Assembly: GCA_003565735.1 (NCBI GenBank)
Contig: PXBB01000002.1
Coordinates: 4,477 to 68,476 of the forward strand
DNA: 64,000 bases
DNA from: Bacteroidales bacterium
Lineage (GTDB): Bacteria > Bacteroidota > Bacteroidia > Bacteroidales > PXBB01
Direction of reading: 5' to 3'
Positions 51,052 through 61,220 of the stretch are shown piece by piece. Numbering within the stretch: the stretch's first letter is position 1; every line of letters starts with the position of its first letter. The notes under the pieces were generated by a model. The model saw only the letters and a list, made by a program, of their open reading frames with translations. It was not told where the DNA came from and did not search any database. A program made the translations under genes and the position numbers.

Positions 51052-53442
51052 TTAGCGAGCCATAATAAACCTTTTGTTTATTTGCCCCTCAGAAGTTTGT
51101 AGTTGAATGATATATATACCATAGCCCATACCTTTAACATCAACGCTGTGTTGCTTACTGTTAATTCTTTCATAAGCTACCATTTGCCCTAAAGCATTGT
51201 ATATCTTATATGATTCAACAGGTAGCGTGGCGTTAATATTTAATACATCAGTGGCAGGATTTGGATAGATGCTGATATTATCGCTTAAATTATTTTCATT
51301 TATTGAAAGATTTAAACCTATTTCAACATTATCGAGTCTTAGATAAAACTGATCTGTGCAGTCCCAATGCCTGAAGGCAATATAAATGGTTTGCCCATCG
51401 AAAGATGCCAAAGACAGTACAATATTTTTATATTCATCATCAGTTAAAGTCTCTGTATGTAATTCATGGGTAAAATCACCTATACTATTACCAGTAGTGG
51501 AAACTAATACGGAGTACTTTTCATAGGGATAGTCAGCGTCTAGAGCTGAGACCCAGAAAGAAAGATTAAGATTCTCGTCGTTAATATCAAAAGCAGGCGT
51601 AATCAGATAGTTATCAGGAGTTAAAGCGCCGGCACCAAAAACCCAAGAGGCTGACACAGCCAAACCTGTGCCGTAGTATGGTCCCCATGATGGGTCTGAT
51701 CTATGTTCCCATCCAAAACCATCACCATCGGCATCAACAGCAGTCCAGCATAATGGAGGGAAAAGCGATCCTTCGAAATATTCTTGCCATGGATAAGTAT
51801 CTATCACATCACAAGCGGTATAAAATGTGTACGCTTGACTCCAGTTGCTATGCGTAGTATCACATACGGCACGCACATAAAAATCATAAGCCGTGGAAGG
51901 GTCTAAACCGGTTAGTTCGTAAGGCTTATCGGAAGTTGCCGTAATCATCGTTCCGGTACCTTGTGTTAAAGGCGATAGTCCCCATTCAATATCCCATTCG
52001 GTAGCACCTGCATTATCTACCCAGTCTAGCTCGGCAGTGGTAAGCGTAATAGCAGAAGCTGATAAATCCGTTGGAGGGAAGCATGTGCTGGCACAATCAG
52101 CTGTAAAAGTGTAAAAAACAACACCATCATTAGGAGCCTGATTAAAGCCAAAGCTGTAAATAGTTGCGCCGTAAGGGTCAATAATATCAAGAGCACATTC
52201 TTCATCATAATTTCCTGAAATCCACGTCAATGAAACTTGCGTACTGTCACACAATAATACAGGTAAACTAAGAAAAGCGCCTGACTCCATCGTAACAGTT
52301 TGTACCAATAAGCCATTTTCACGTATTTCTATAGCAGCGTCATTCCAGCCATCACCCCAATCATCAGTCATAACAAATTCATATTCGCACAAGGAAGTTG
52401 ATGGGCAGTTAAGCGTTAGGAATGATTTCTTTAAACTGTAAATGCTGGTATCTCCCACTGCACAAAAAGCTCTGACATACACATCATAATGTGTTCCGGG
52501 TGTAAGTCCTGTTAAATTAAGAGGATTGGAAGTATTAACCACAGGCGTAACCGTTCCGGGAGTAAATCCAGTTGGACCTGCTTCTATGAGCCATTCTGTT
52601 GCAGTTCCATTTTCAGTCCACTCCAAACTTACCGATACATCTTCAATATCATAGACATTAATGTCACTTACAGGTGGGCAGGAAGATGTTGTAGGATCTC
52701 CAAAAATATCAAGGGGAAAAAGGTGGTTTGTAAGGTTATATGCCCCATTTGATTTTTGCAGATTTGCTCCCTGAGCTATTGGAGGCACCCAGGGTCCTGA
52801 AGCTTCAGTTCCATCAATAGCGTACTCAAGCCAGTAATTGAACCCTTGATTTAAAGTTAGTCCGGGTGTGTTGCAAACAGCAACCATTATGGGTCTTTGA
52901 GTATTTGTTGAGTCTGTTCCTCTGTAACAATTGGTAAATCTGGTACTGGTCATCATGTTGGTTGTTGTATCACCCCAGATAACATTTGCTCCTGGTGAGC
53001 CCGGTACGCCGTCCCAAATTTGAATACTTACAAAATTTAAAGTGGATGTGGTTGTAGAACCAGTTTGATAAGCATACACTCTTATGGAGTCAATATCCCA
53101 TGAAGCATCTAAAATAGAAAAGTCAACAGCAACGCTGAATTCATGAGGAAAAACGGCAATCCCCCAGGTAGAGTTGTCCCATGCCCAGCTAAAATCAGAG
53201 CCACCAGGCCCTGAGCCAGGATGTGTTACAATAGGTGCATTTTCAAAAAGGAGTGTGCCTTTGGTACACGAACTTGGTACTCCTTTTGAAATAGGTGCAG
53301 CAGATGATACAAAAGTGGCTCGTTCCACTGCAGGATCATCTTTTGATGGTTTTGGCTGCATTTGACTTTGTGTGCGCTGCATCTGAGCAACCGCAGCACT
53401 AACAAAGAACATTGATAAACAAATGAATAATAATTTTCTCAT
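51052..53442 (-). CDS. T9SS type A cargo with fibronectin type III domains and a cleaved-adhesin (choice-of-anchor J-like) domain
   Basis: Signal peptide; two FN3 (LTGLTPGTHYDVYVRA, LTGLDPSTAYDFYVRA); DDWGDGWN; WTAVDADGDG...LTPDNYLITP...YIAFRH; CTD IYPNPA. Confidence 0.88.
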   Translation of the reverse strand: MRKLLFICLSMFFVSAAVAQMQRTQSQMQPKPSKDDPAVERATFVSSAAPISKGVPSSCTKGTLLFENAPIVTHPGSGPGGSDFSWAWDNSTWGIAVFPHEFSVAVDFSILDASWDIDSIRVYAYQTGSTTTSTLNFVSIQIWDGVPGSPGANVIWGDTTTNMMTSTRFTNCYRGTDSTNTQRPIMVAVCNTPGLTLNQGFNYWLEYAIDGTEASGPWVPPIAQGANLQKSNGAYNLTNHLFPLDIFGDPTTSSCPPVSDINVYDIEDVSVSLEWTENGTATEWLIEAGPTGFTPGTVTPVVNTSNPLNLTGLTPGTHYDVYVRAFCAVGDTSIYSLKKSFLTLNCPSTSLCEYEFVMTDDWGDGWNDAAIEIRENGLLVQTVTMESGAFLSLPVLLCDSTQVSLTWISGNYDEECALDIIDPYGATIYSFGFNQAPNDGVVFYTFTADCASTCFPPTDLSASAITLTTAELDWVDNAGATEWDIEWGLSPLTQGTGTMITATSDKPYELTGLDPSTAYDFYVRAVCDTTHSNWSQAYTFYTACDVIDTYPWQEYFEGSLFPPLCWTAVDADGDGFGWEHRSDPSWGPYYGTGLAVSASWVFGAGALTPDNYLITPAFDINDENLNLSFWVSALDADYPYEKYSVLVSTTGNSIGDFTHELHTETLTDDEYKNIVLSLASFDGQTIYIAFRHWDCTDQFYLRLDNVEIGLNLSINENNLSDNISIYPNPATDVLNINATLPVESYKIYNALGQMVAYERINSKQHSVDVKGMGYGIYIIQLQTSEGQINKRFIMAR

Positions 53443-53695
53443 AACATTTAGTTTTAGTTAATAAAATAAATTGGTATTGTAAATGCAAAAATAGTCTTTA
53501 TTTGTAACTAAAAAATTTTTTTTTAAACATTCTTATTTTCTAACTTTCAAAAGAGTTGTAAAACATAAAACTAAATTAATAAAACAAAACCATACAGAAT
53601 ACATATTTTTGTTAATTTTAGCAAGTGTTTAATTTTAGTCCTGTGTTTTTTTCTAAAACTGTGAAACATTAGAAGCGGCTTATAACATCTACATT

Positions 53696-54184
53696 ATGGA
53701 TTTGATTCTGATTATCACTGCTTTTTTACTTTTTATTGTGGGTATCATTGGGTCAATTGTACCAATTATTCCCGGCCCCCCTTTGAGTTACTTAGGCATG
53801 ATTGCTTTACATTTTACCCAAAGGCTTAGTTTCAGCACCGAAATGTTGCTAATATATGCTGTTATAACTATTGTTGTTACCATTCTTGATTACATCATTC
53901 CTGTTTATGGGACAAAGAAAATGGGAGGCAGCAGTTATGGCGTATGGGGTACTTCAATAGGGCTTGTTATCGGCTTGTTATTTTTTCCACCTTTGGGCAT
54001 CATCGTTGGACCATTTATGGGCGCTTTAATAGGCGAACTTATTTATGGAAAAACAGCATCCATTGCACTTGTAGCAGCCATAGGTTCATTTCTTGGTTTT
54101 CTGTTTGGAACCTTACTGAAACTTATCACCAGTCTTATGATAAGCTACCATAGTCTTAAACAGCTTTTTTTTCCGGCATTGTGA
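53696..54184 (+). CDS. DUF456 family membrane protein
   Basis: GSIVPIIPGPPL, LDY.IP.YGTKK.GGS..G, GIIVGPF.GALIGEL. Confidence 0.9.
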   Translation: MDLILIITAFLLFIVGIIGSIVPIIPGPPLSYLGMIALHFTQRLSFSTEMLLIYAVITIVVTILDYIIPVYGTKKMGGSSYGVWGTSIGLVIGLLFFPPLGIIVGPFMGALIGELIYGKTASIALVAAIGSFLGFLFGTLLKLITSLMISYHSLKQLFFPAL

Positions 54185-54411
54185 AAGAATATTTTTTTAA
54201 TTTTTGCCGAAGGTATATATTCAACAGAAAAAAATGTTTTACTTTTTAAAGCGCAGATGTGGTTTACAGATAACATATACCCTGAAAAATAAGCAAACAA
54301 AAGAAAAATTTTTGACAATACACTTGCGCTATAATTATAAACTATTAATTTTGCAGAAAAATTTAAAAAAAAACCATAAAACAATATTATATTAACTAAA
54401 AAAAAAGAGAG

Positions 54412-55764
54412 ATGAAGAAGATAAATGTAATTATCATCGGCGCAGCAGGTAGAGATTTTCACAATTTCAACACCTATTACAGAAACAATGAATCGTTCAA
54501 TGTTGTTGCATTTACAGCAGCCCAAATTCCTGATATAGATGGCAGAAAATATCCTGCAGAGCTGGCAGGAGAACTTTACCCTGATGGTATTCCTATTTAT
54601 GCACAAGACGATCTTGAAAAGCTCATCAAAGAATTGGATGTTGACACATGCGTATTTTCGTATAGTGATGTATCATATAACGAAGTTATGACACTCAGTG
54701 CAATAGTCAATAATGCGGGTGCCAATTTCGAGCTTTTAGGGCCTAAGAAAACTCAGGTTGAAAGCTCCAAGCCTGTAATAGCTGTAGGTGCTGTACGCAC
54801 AGGTTGTGGCAAAAGTCAAACCTCAAGAAGAGTGATTGAAGTCTTAATGGAAATGGGACTTAAAGTGGTTGCTGTACGTCACCCAATGCCTTATGGCGAC
54901 TTAGCTGCCCAGAAAGTACAACGCTTTGCCACTGTGGAAGACCTTAAATTACACAAGTGTACAATTGAAGAAATGGAAGAATATGAACCTCATGTGGTAA
55001 GAGGTAATGTCATTTATTCGGGCGTTGACTATGAAGCTATCTTACGTGAAGCCGAAAAAGAAGCTGACGTAATACTATGGGATGGTGGCAACAATGACTT
55101 CTCATTTTACAAGCCTGATCTCATGATTACCGTTGTTGACCCTCACAGACCCGGCCATGAGTTGGAATATTATCCTGGCGAAGCCACTTTAAGAATGGCA
55201 GATGTGGTAGTTATCAACAAAATTGATTCTGCCGGCCCCGACAATATTCAACAAGTGAGAAACAATATTGCAAAAGTGAACCCCAACGCTTTAGTGGTTG
55301 ACGCTGCTTCTCCACTTACAGTATCTGACCCTGATTTGATTAAAGGCAAACGCGTATTGGTTGTTGAAGACGGCCCAACCCTCACACACGGACACATGAA
55401 ATTAGGTGCAGGAACAGTTGCTGCAACCAAATTTGGTGCCGCCGAACTCGTTGACCCCAGACCTTACGTGGTTGGTAAACTCAAAGAAACCTTCGAAATT
55501 TACCCGGGCATTGGAAGCTTACTCCCTGCTATGGGCTATGGTGACGCACAAATTGCCGACCTCGAAAAATCTATCAATAACACCGACTGCGATAGCGTTG
55601 TAATTGCAACTCCTATAGACCTTACCAGAGTGGTTAATATCAACAAACCTTATACTAAAGTGGATTACGAACTACAAGAAATAGGCAAGCCTGATCTCGC
55701 TGATATCATTTGCGACTTCGTAAAAAAAATTAAGCTCAAAGACAACTGCTCTTGTTGTTCATAG
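54412..55764 (+). CDS. cDPGS-family (COG2403) P-loop NTPase; probable arginine synthetase (ArcE) homolog
   Basis: GAAGRDFHNFN, VAFTAAQIP.IDGR.YP, AVRTGCGKS, RHPMPYGDL, TIEE.EEYE.H, WDGGNND, EDGPTLTHG.M, LPAMGY. Confidence 0.8.
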   Translation: MKKINVIIIGAAGRDFHNFNTYYRNNESFNVVAFTAAQIPDIDGRKYPAELAGELYPDGIPIYAQDDLEKLIKELDVDTCVFSYSDVSYNEVMTLSAIVNNAGANFELLGPKKTQVESSKPVIAVGAVRTGCGKSQTSRRVIEVLMEMGLKVVAVRHPMPYGDLAAQKVQRFATVEDLKLHKCTIEEMEEYEPHVVRGNVIYSGVDYEAILREAEKEADVILWDGGNNDFSFYKPDLMITVVDPHRPGHELEYYPGEATLRMADVVVINKIDSAGPDNIQQVRNNIAKVNPNALVVDAASPLTVSDPDLIKGKRVLVVEDGPTLTHGHMKLGAGTVAATKFGAAELVDPRPYVVGKLKETFEIYPGIGSLLPAMGYGDAQIADLEKSINNTDCDSVVIATPIDLTRVVNINKPYTKVDYELQEIGKPDLADIICDFVKKIKLKDNCSCCS

Positions 55765-55771
55765 TTATTTG

Positions 55772-55804
55772 AAAAGCGACTTTTTATAAAAGTCGCTTTT
55801 TTTT
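55772..55804 (+). terminator. Rho-independent terminator between the NTPase gene and pyrB
   Basis: AAAAGCGACTTTT-tat-AAAAGTCGCTTTT-TTTT. Confidence 0.8.
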
Positions 55805-55893
55805 GTTTAATCAATATGTTTTGAATAATTTTACAACCATAAAATGGCTACGCCATAATAGAATAATAAAAACAAGTAATATAAACACAACAG

Positions 55894-56802
55894 ATGAAAG
55901 GAAAAAGCTTAATATCAATTAACGATTACTCTAAAGAAGAACAAATAGCCATACTGGATTTAGCTGTTCATTTTGAGTCGAACCCTGTGCAAAATATTCT
56001 GGGTTCACATGTCATCTCGACACTTTTTTTCGAACCTTCAACACGTACACGTTTAAGTTTTGAAAGTGCTGTAAACAGACTGGGTGGGAATGTTATCGGT
56101 TTCTCAGACACCTCATCAACAAGCGTCAAAAAAGGAGAATCTCTTAAAGATACCATTCTTACCGTAAGCAATTACTCTGATCTTATTATCATGCGCAATC
56201 CTGTGGAAGGAAGCGCACGCTTTGCCAGTGAAGTTGCCACAGTACCTATTATCAATGCAGGAGATGGCGCCAATCAACATCCTACCCAAACCCTGCTCGA
56301 CCTTTACACAATCAGACAAACACAAAAGACGCTCGACAATTTAGATGTAGCCTTTGTGGGCGACCTTAAATATGGCCGTACAGTACATTCGCTGGTTATT
56401 GCGCTATGCAACTACAACACTACTTTTCACTTAGTGTCTCCGGTCGAACTAAAGCTCCCGAGTGCCGTTAAAATGCATATCAAAAACAAAAACCTCAAAT
56501 ACCACCAATATACAGACATGAACGATGTGCTTAAAAAAACAGACATACTGTATATGACACGTATTCAAAAAGAACGCTTTTCGGACCAACTGGAATATGA
56601 AAGGGTAAAAAATCTTTACATTCTTAAAAAGAAAATGCTTCACGAAGTCAAAGACAATATGAAGATTTTACATCCTCTTCCAAGGGTCAACGAAATAGAT
56701 ATAGATGTTGATGATGCGCCTCAGGCACATTATTTTCAGCAAGCACTTAATGGTGTTTACGTACGTCAGGCATTAATAACTTCAATTTTAGGTATAAAAT
56801 GA
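55894..56802 (+). CDS. pyrB: Aspartate carbamoyltransferase catalytic subunit
   Basis: FFEPSTRTRLSF, INAGDG.NQHPTQTLLD, GDLKYGRTVHSL, YMTRIQKER, HPLPR. Confidence 0.97.
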   Translation: MKGKSLISINDYSKEEQIAILDLAVHFESNPVQNILGSHVISTLFFEPSTRTRLSFESAVNRLGGNVIGFSDTSSTSVKKGESLKDTILTVSNYSDLIIMRNPVEGSARFASEVATVPIINAGDGANQHPTQTLLDLYTIRQTQKTLDNLDVAFVGDLKYGRTVHSLVIALCNYNTTFHLVSPVELKLPSAVKMHIKNKNLKYHQYTDMNDVLKKTDILYMTRIQKERFSDQLEYERVKNLYILKKKMLHEVKDNMKILHPLPRVNEIDIDVDDAPQAHYFQQALNGVYVRQALITSILGIK

Positions 56803-57257
56803 TGGTAAAAGAATTAAAAGTATCAGCTATAGAAAATGGAACGGTGATAGATCACATTCCTTCAAGAAATGTTTTTCAAGTTATCAAAATATTAAACCTG
56901 GAACATTTTGACAATCAGTTACTCTTTGGTACTAACCTTGAAAGTAAAAAGTATGGCACCAAAGGTATTATAAAAGTTAAAAACCGCTACTTTGAAAAAG
57001 ATGAAATTAACAAAATAGCTCTGGCTGCACCTCAAGCCAGCCTTATCGTGATTAAAGACTTTAAAGTAGTGGAAAAGTATATCGTAGAAATTCCCGATGA
57101 TATTACTGGTATTGTCAAATGTTTTAACCCTAACTGTGTTACTAATATTGAGCATGGCGTTGTAACCCGTTTTAAGGTTATCTCCAAAGATGAAGTGAAA
57201 TTACACTGCCACTACTGTGAAAAAAATACCGTAAAAAGTAATATCGTATTTTTATAG
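56799..57257 (+). CDS. pyrI: Aspartate carbamoyltransferase regulatory subunit
   Basis: VSAIENGTVIDHI; zinc ligands C.NPNC...CHYCE; overlaps the pyrB stop. Confidence 0.96.
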   Translation: MMVKELKVSAIENGTVIDHIPSRNVFQVIKILNLEHFDNQLLFGTNLESKKYGTKGIIKVKNRYFEKDEINKIALAAPQASLIVIKDFKVVEKYIVEIPDDITGIVKCFNPNCVTNIEHGVVTRFKVISKDEVKLHCHYCEKNTVKSNIVFL

Positions 57258-57324
57258 ACTTTTCACCAGCCTGCACCAAGCCCTGATTACATATTACATA
57301 AAAGCGGGTTGAAGTACTTGGTTG

Positions 57325-57882
57325 TCAGTAGCTTTTTGGATACCTGTCGTCAAAATATATCCAAAACAAATGTCTGTACCCTCTCAGCTCTCCGGCTGTG
57401 TCGAAGTCTGTCAGCATTAAAGCCATACCCAAAACATTTTTCTTAATGCTAAGCGTAGCCGGGTTTATATGCCATTCCTCCAGAAACCTGATGCGTTCTA
57501 TATCATTAACTCTAAGTCTTTCATTAATAACGACTACCGAGTCCTCGTAAGGGGGCAACATGCTGGGCATTATCAGCGTATCGTTACGAACGCCAATAGC
57601 CTGAACCTCTTCGGGGGTCATGGGCTGGTCGAAATAGTTGTATGCCTGCACCTTGCCTTCATAAGCTTTATTCAAAATCATAGCTATCAACTGTTCGCGC
57701 CTTTGGCCTTCAATATTCTGCACCCACCAATCCATATCAGGGTCAGGTGTCTTTATGGTCACATCATATTGAATACGTTCGGTAACAACATCAAGGTCTT
57801 CTTTTTTATAAGTGTCGCTGCTGCATGATGCCAAGAAAAAAGTAAAGCCTAAAAATAAAATAATAGCTGATTGTTTTAACAT
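57325..57882 (-). CDS. Lipoprotein resembling part of GldN/PorN
   Basis: Lipobox FLASC; AYEGKVQAY; IRFLEEW.I......KNVLG.A...LFWIYF recalls the GldN C-terminal region. Confidence 0.6.
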   Translation of the reverse strand: MLKQSAIILFLGFTFFLASCSSDTYKKEDLDVVTERIQYDVTIKTPDPDMDWWVQNIEGQRREQLIAMILNKAYEGKVQAYNYFDQPMTPEEVQAIGVRNDTLIMPSMLPPYEDSVVVINERLRVNDIERIRFLEEWHINPATLSIKKNVLGMALMLTDFDTAGELRGYRHLFWIYFDDRYPKSY

Positions 57883-57894
57883 GGGTCAAATATT

Positions 57895-59538
57895 TTAATT
57901 AACAAGTATTTCAGTTTTATCATCAGACTTTAAAACCTCAAGTGCCTTTAAAAAAACATCATCCACTTTATGCATTACAGGATAAAAACTTTCGCTACTG
58001 TACAAATTACGACCTATGTGCGCCTTTAACTGTACATTAATTATGTGCGATGAATCCATTTCATCATCTTTATCCTTTTTTACGCCCTTATGCCCTGCAA
58101 AGTTTCTAAACTCTTTTAAAAGTTCCGGGCTTACGCTGAAGTTTTGGTTAAAATCCTGAGCTGTATTATACACCTCCATTAAACTGTCTCTATGGAAGTC
58201 GGCATATTGAAAGGCATATTTAAAAATAACCCCTCTGTTTGATAAACGCGTGTAATAAACCGAATACTTATCCTCATTGTATTCGACAATAATATCGGGC
58301 GTAATACCGCCACCACCATATACGACTCTACCACCCGGCGTCACAAATTCAATGGTGTCTGGTCTGAGTTCTTCTTGTTCATCATCGAAAAACCTGCGGT
58401 AAAAATTCAAATAATAAGCACTGACATCATCACTGTAAGGACTTTGTATCGAACGCCCCAAAGGGGTGTAGTATCTGGCAACAGTCAATCTAATGGCTGA
58501 CCCATCCATCAGCTGTATTTGTTCCTGAACCAAGCCTTTGCCAAATGAACGCCTGCCCACGATAAGCCCTTTATCATTATCTTGCATAGCTCCTGCAAAA
58601 ACTTCACTGGCAGATGCCGACCACTCATCGAGAAGAATAACAAAAGGCGTGGTTTTAAGATTTCCCTGATGCGTGGCATAAGCATAAGAACGTGGTCTGT
58701 TAAGACCCTCCGTATAGACTATCAGGCGGTTGTTCTCAAGAAATTCGTCGGCCATTTTAATAGCTGCGTTAAGATAGCCGCCACCATTCCCCCGCAAATC
58801 TATCATTAAACGCGACATACCCTGACTTTTCAAAAGGCTTACAGCTTGTAAAAACTCACTATATGTTGTGGCAGAAAACCTGTTAATTTTCAAATAACCT
58901 ATGCTGTCATTTACCATATAAGCAATATCTATGCTGTAAGTAGGAATAACATCCCTGACTATTTCAAAATCTAAAAGGTCTTCAGCACTGCGACGTTTGA
59001 CAGAAACTTTAACCTTAGTGCCTTTAGGACCTTTGAGCTTATCTACCACCTTTTGATTGCTGATACCAACACCTGCAATAACAGAGTCGTTAACTTTTAC
59101 GATGCGGTCGCCTGCTCTCAAACCAAGCTTTTCCGATGGCCCGCCCGATATCGTGTTAAGTATGACAACAGTGTCATGCTCTATTCTAAACTCAACACCA
59201 ATACCTTCAAAATTTCCCATCAAAGGCTCATTCATTCTACGGAAATCGGCAGCTGAAATATAGGACGAATGCGGATCTAACTTTTTCAACAAACCGTTAA
59301 TAGCATCATCTATCAGACTTTCTCGTTCAACACTATCAACATAACTGTCTGAAATATAATTTAAAACATCGTAAAACTTATCGTAATAATTGAAATTTAC
59401 CGAAAAAAGAGACCTTTTCAAATTTTGATATGAAGAAAACTTAATGCTCATCATTGCACCACCAAAATACATACCTCCTACCAATACAATGGCTAATATT
59501 ATGGGATAGTATGGCTTGAACCTATCTGCCTTACTCAT
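57895..59538 (-). CDS. S41 C-terminal processing peptidase (CtpA/Prc-like) with PDZ domain
   Basis: LDPHSSY, GNFEGIG, GLRAGDRI, DLRGNGGGYL, SASASE, GRRSFGKGLVQ, RYYTP.GRSIQ, GGGGITPD. Confidence 0.94.
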   Translation of the reverse strand: MSKADRFKPYYPIILAIVLVGGMYFGGAMMSIKFSSYQNLKRSLFSVNFNYYDKFYDVLNYISDSYVDSVERESLIDDAINGLLKKLDPHSSYISAADFRRMNEPLMGNFEGIGVEFRIEHDTVVILNTISGGPSEKLGLRAGDRIVKVNDSVIAGVGISNQKVVDKLKGPKGTKVKVSVKRRSAEDLLDFEIVRDVIPTYSIDIAYMVNDSIGYLKINRFSATTYSEFLQAVSLLKSQGMSRLMIDLRGNGGGYLNAAIKMADEFLENNRLIVYTEGLNRPRSYAYATHQGNLKTTPFVILLDEWSASASEVFAGAMQDNDKGLIVGRRSFGKGLVQEQIQLMDGSAIRLTVARYYTPLGRSIQSPYSDDVSAYYLNFYRRFFDDEQEELRPDTIEFVTPGGRVVYGGGGITPDIIVEYNEDKYSVYYTRLSNRGVIFKYAFQYADFHRDSLMEVYNTAQDFNQNFSVSPELLKEFRNFAGHKGVKKDKDDEMDSSHIINVQLKAHIGRNLYSSESFYPVMHKVDDVFLKALEVLKSDDKTEILVN

Positions 59539-59649
59539 TTTATATAATAATTTTTCATTTATTAATTGCTGAACATTATAACAGCGTCAACAATAAGAAT
59601 TTATTATTGCAAAGTTAATTTCTTTTTTGAAAATGACAAGCGCCAACGA

Positions 59650-60369
59650 CTAGTCGTTACTTACACAGCGAACAGAGAGCCCGGACGCTTTGTTTTGGTA
59701 ATCCTTGAAGACATGAGGTATATCATAGTACATGATACGGATCCAGGCGCTATTGGTATTATTTTCGGTAGCACTCCACCAGTAGCCGTAGTTGCCAATG
59801 TCAACGAATGCATTACTGATATAACGCAGACCCCCCGGAAGGGCAGTAAAGCCGGTTTCGTTAGTTGCATCACTATTGGGGCTGTTCCAGTGTGTTGTAC
59901 CTGTTTCTTTAAGCTTGCTTCCTGCAAGCATGGCGCCACCAAGAAAATCGGTCATTTGTTTCCATTCGTCATCACTTGGGACATGCCATCCGTCAGGGCA
60001 AGCCGTTTGTGTCGCAGACCAATTGTATAAAACCCCGTAAGTATTATATTTTGAATCGTCCTTAGCCGCTGCCACATCAGCACCCTCATAACCATACACA
60101 TAGTAATGAGGCTCTATTTGAGAAGATGTGCCGGAACCAACAACCTCAGGAAGATATCTCAAATTCTCAGCCATCCAGCACCGATTACCTATCTGAACTG
60201 TTGCATAAACACTTCCATCACGTATATCAGTAAAATCTTCGCCGCAAGTAAAACCTTCACCATTCTCTGAACTATCATGGTTATCCTCTTCTTTCTTGCA
60301 ACTGCTTGCAAAAAATAATAATGCCCCTATGATTAGCAAAGGAAGAAAAATAGCTGTCTTTGTTTTCAT
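59650..60369 (-). CDS. Lipoprotein with Fibrobacter succinogenes major paralogous (FISUMP) domain
   Basis: Lipobox ASSC; DIRDG..Y.TVQIG..CWMAENL, YGVLYNW, CPDGWHVPSD.EW, GF.ALPGG, YWWSAT, GLSVRC. Confidence 0.92.
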   Translation of the reverse strand: MKTKTAIFLPLLIIGALLFFASSCKKEEDNHDSSENGEGFTCGEDFTDIRDGSVYATVQIGNRCWMAENLRYLPEVVGSGTSSQIEPHYYVYGYEGADVAAAKDDSKYNTYGVLYNWSATQTACPDGWHVPSDDEWKQMTDFLGGAMLAGSKLKETGTTHWNSPNSDATNETGFTALPGGLRYISNAFVDIGNYGYWWSATENNTNSAWIRIMYYDIPHVFKDYQNKASGLSVRCVSND

Positions 60370-60505
60370 AATTAAAAATCGCTTTTTTCAATTTATTATG
60401 ACAATTTTTTAGATGCTGATAATTGGATAATGAGGCTTGTGGGAGCACAGTACTGCCCTCCAACTAATATACCGTATAGATACCGTGGGTTGCAACCGGC
60501 CTTTA

Positions 60506-61003
60506 TCAGACATTTTCCTTAATAAATGCTTCAAGTTTACCCTTTCTTTGAAGCTTTATATATTTTTCTACATTCTTATCTTTCTTTAAATATTCTTTAT
60601 TGGAAATGTAAAAGTCAATAACAGCTTCTATGCCCTTTTGATTTCCCATTACTTCGTTTTTATAATCTTCATTTTCGATTGCATACTTAGTCCAACCACA
60701 TAAAAAAACCATTAGCAAATCTGCGTTTGGCAGAAAACTTACAATTTCTTGTTTTACGACTATTGTTACTGTTGGGCTTCCTATCATCCATTTCATTAAG
60801 AAAGTATTAACCTCTTCTCTTTTGTCCGGTTCCACATTAATGGGTGTATTTAATAACCAGTCAATGCCTTCCAAAACATAAGGTTCATATTTACTATAGT
60901 CTTCTTTTTCATTAAGCACGTAGTTTTGAGGCACTTCGAAATCTTGTGCACTTAGACATAGAGAAATTATCAGCAAAATTGAAATTGTGAATAAATGTTT
61001 CAT
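60506..61003 (-). CDS. Hypothetical exported protein
   Basis: Signal peptide MKHLF...LSAQ; KEDY..YE, WL..TP, FLMKW..GSP.V, F..GWTKY. Confidence 0.75.
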   Translation of the reverse strand: MKHLFTISILLIISLCLSAQDFEVPQNYVLNEKEDYSKYEPYVLEGIDWLLNTPINVEPDKREEVNTFLMKWMIGSPTVTIVVKQEIVSFLPNADLLMVFLCGWTKYAIENEDYKNEVMGNQKGIEAVIDFYISNKEYLKKDKNVEKYIKLQRKGKLEAFIKENV

Positions 61004-61220
61004 AACTCTTTTGTTTTTGTTATTATTAAAGCTAAGTTTGTGCAAATCGTTTTATTTAATAATTGTTATTAAACCTCAAATTTATAGTGTTTTATTAACT
61101 ACTCCCTAAAAATATTAAAAAATGTTGATATATCATAAGACGAAGTAAAAAAAAATCTACAAAGGTCAGATTATATATGTTTTCACTTTTTAAAATTAAA
61201 AGAGCAGGTATCATTACATA

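Noticed and set aside
60440-60501. CCGTGGGTTGCAACCGG, resembling a truncated REP-like palindrome
   Set aside because: Single, incomplete copy with no associated transposase in the window
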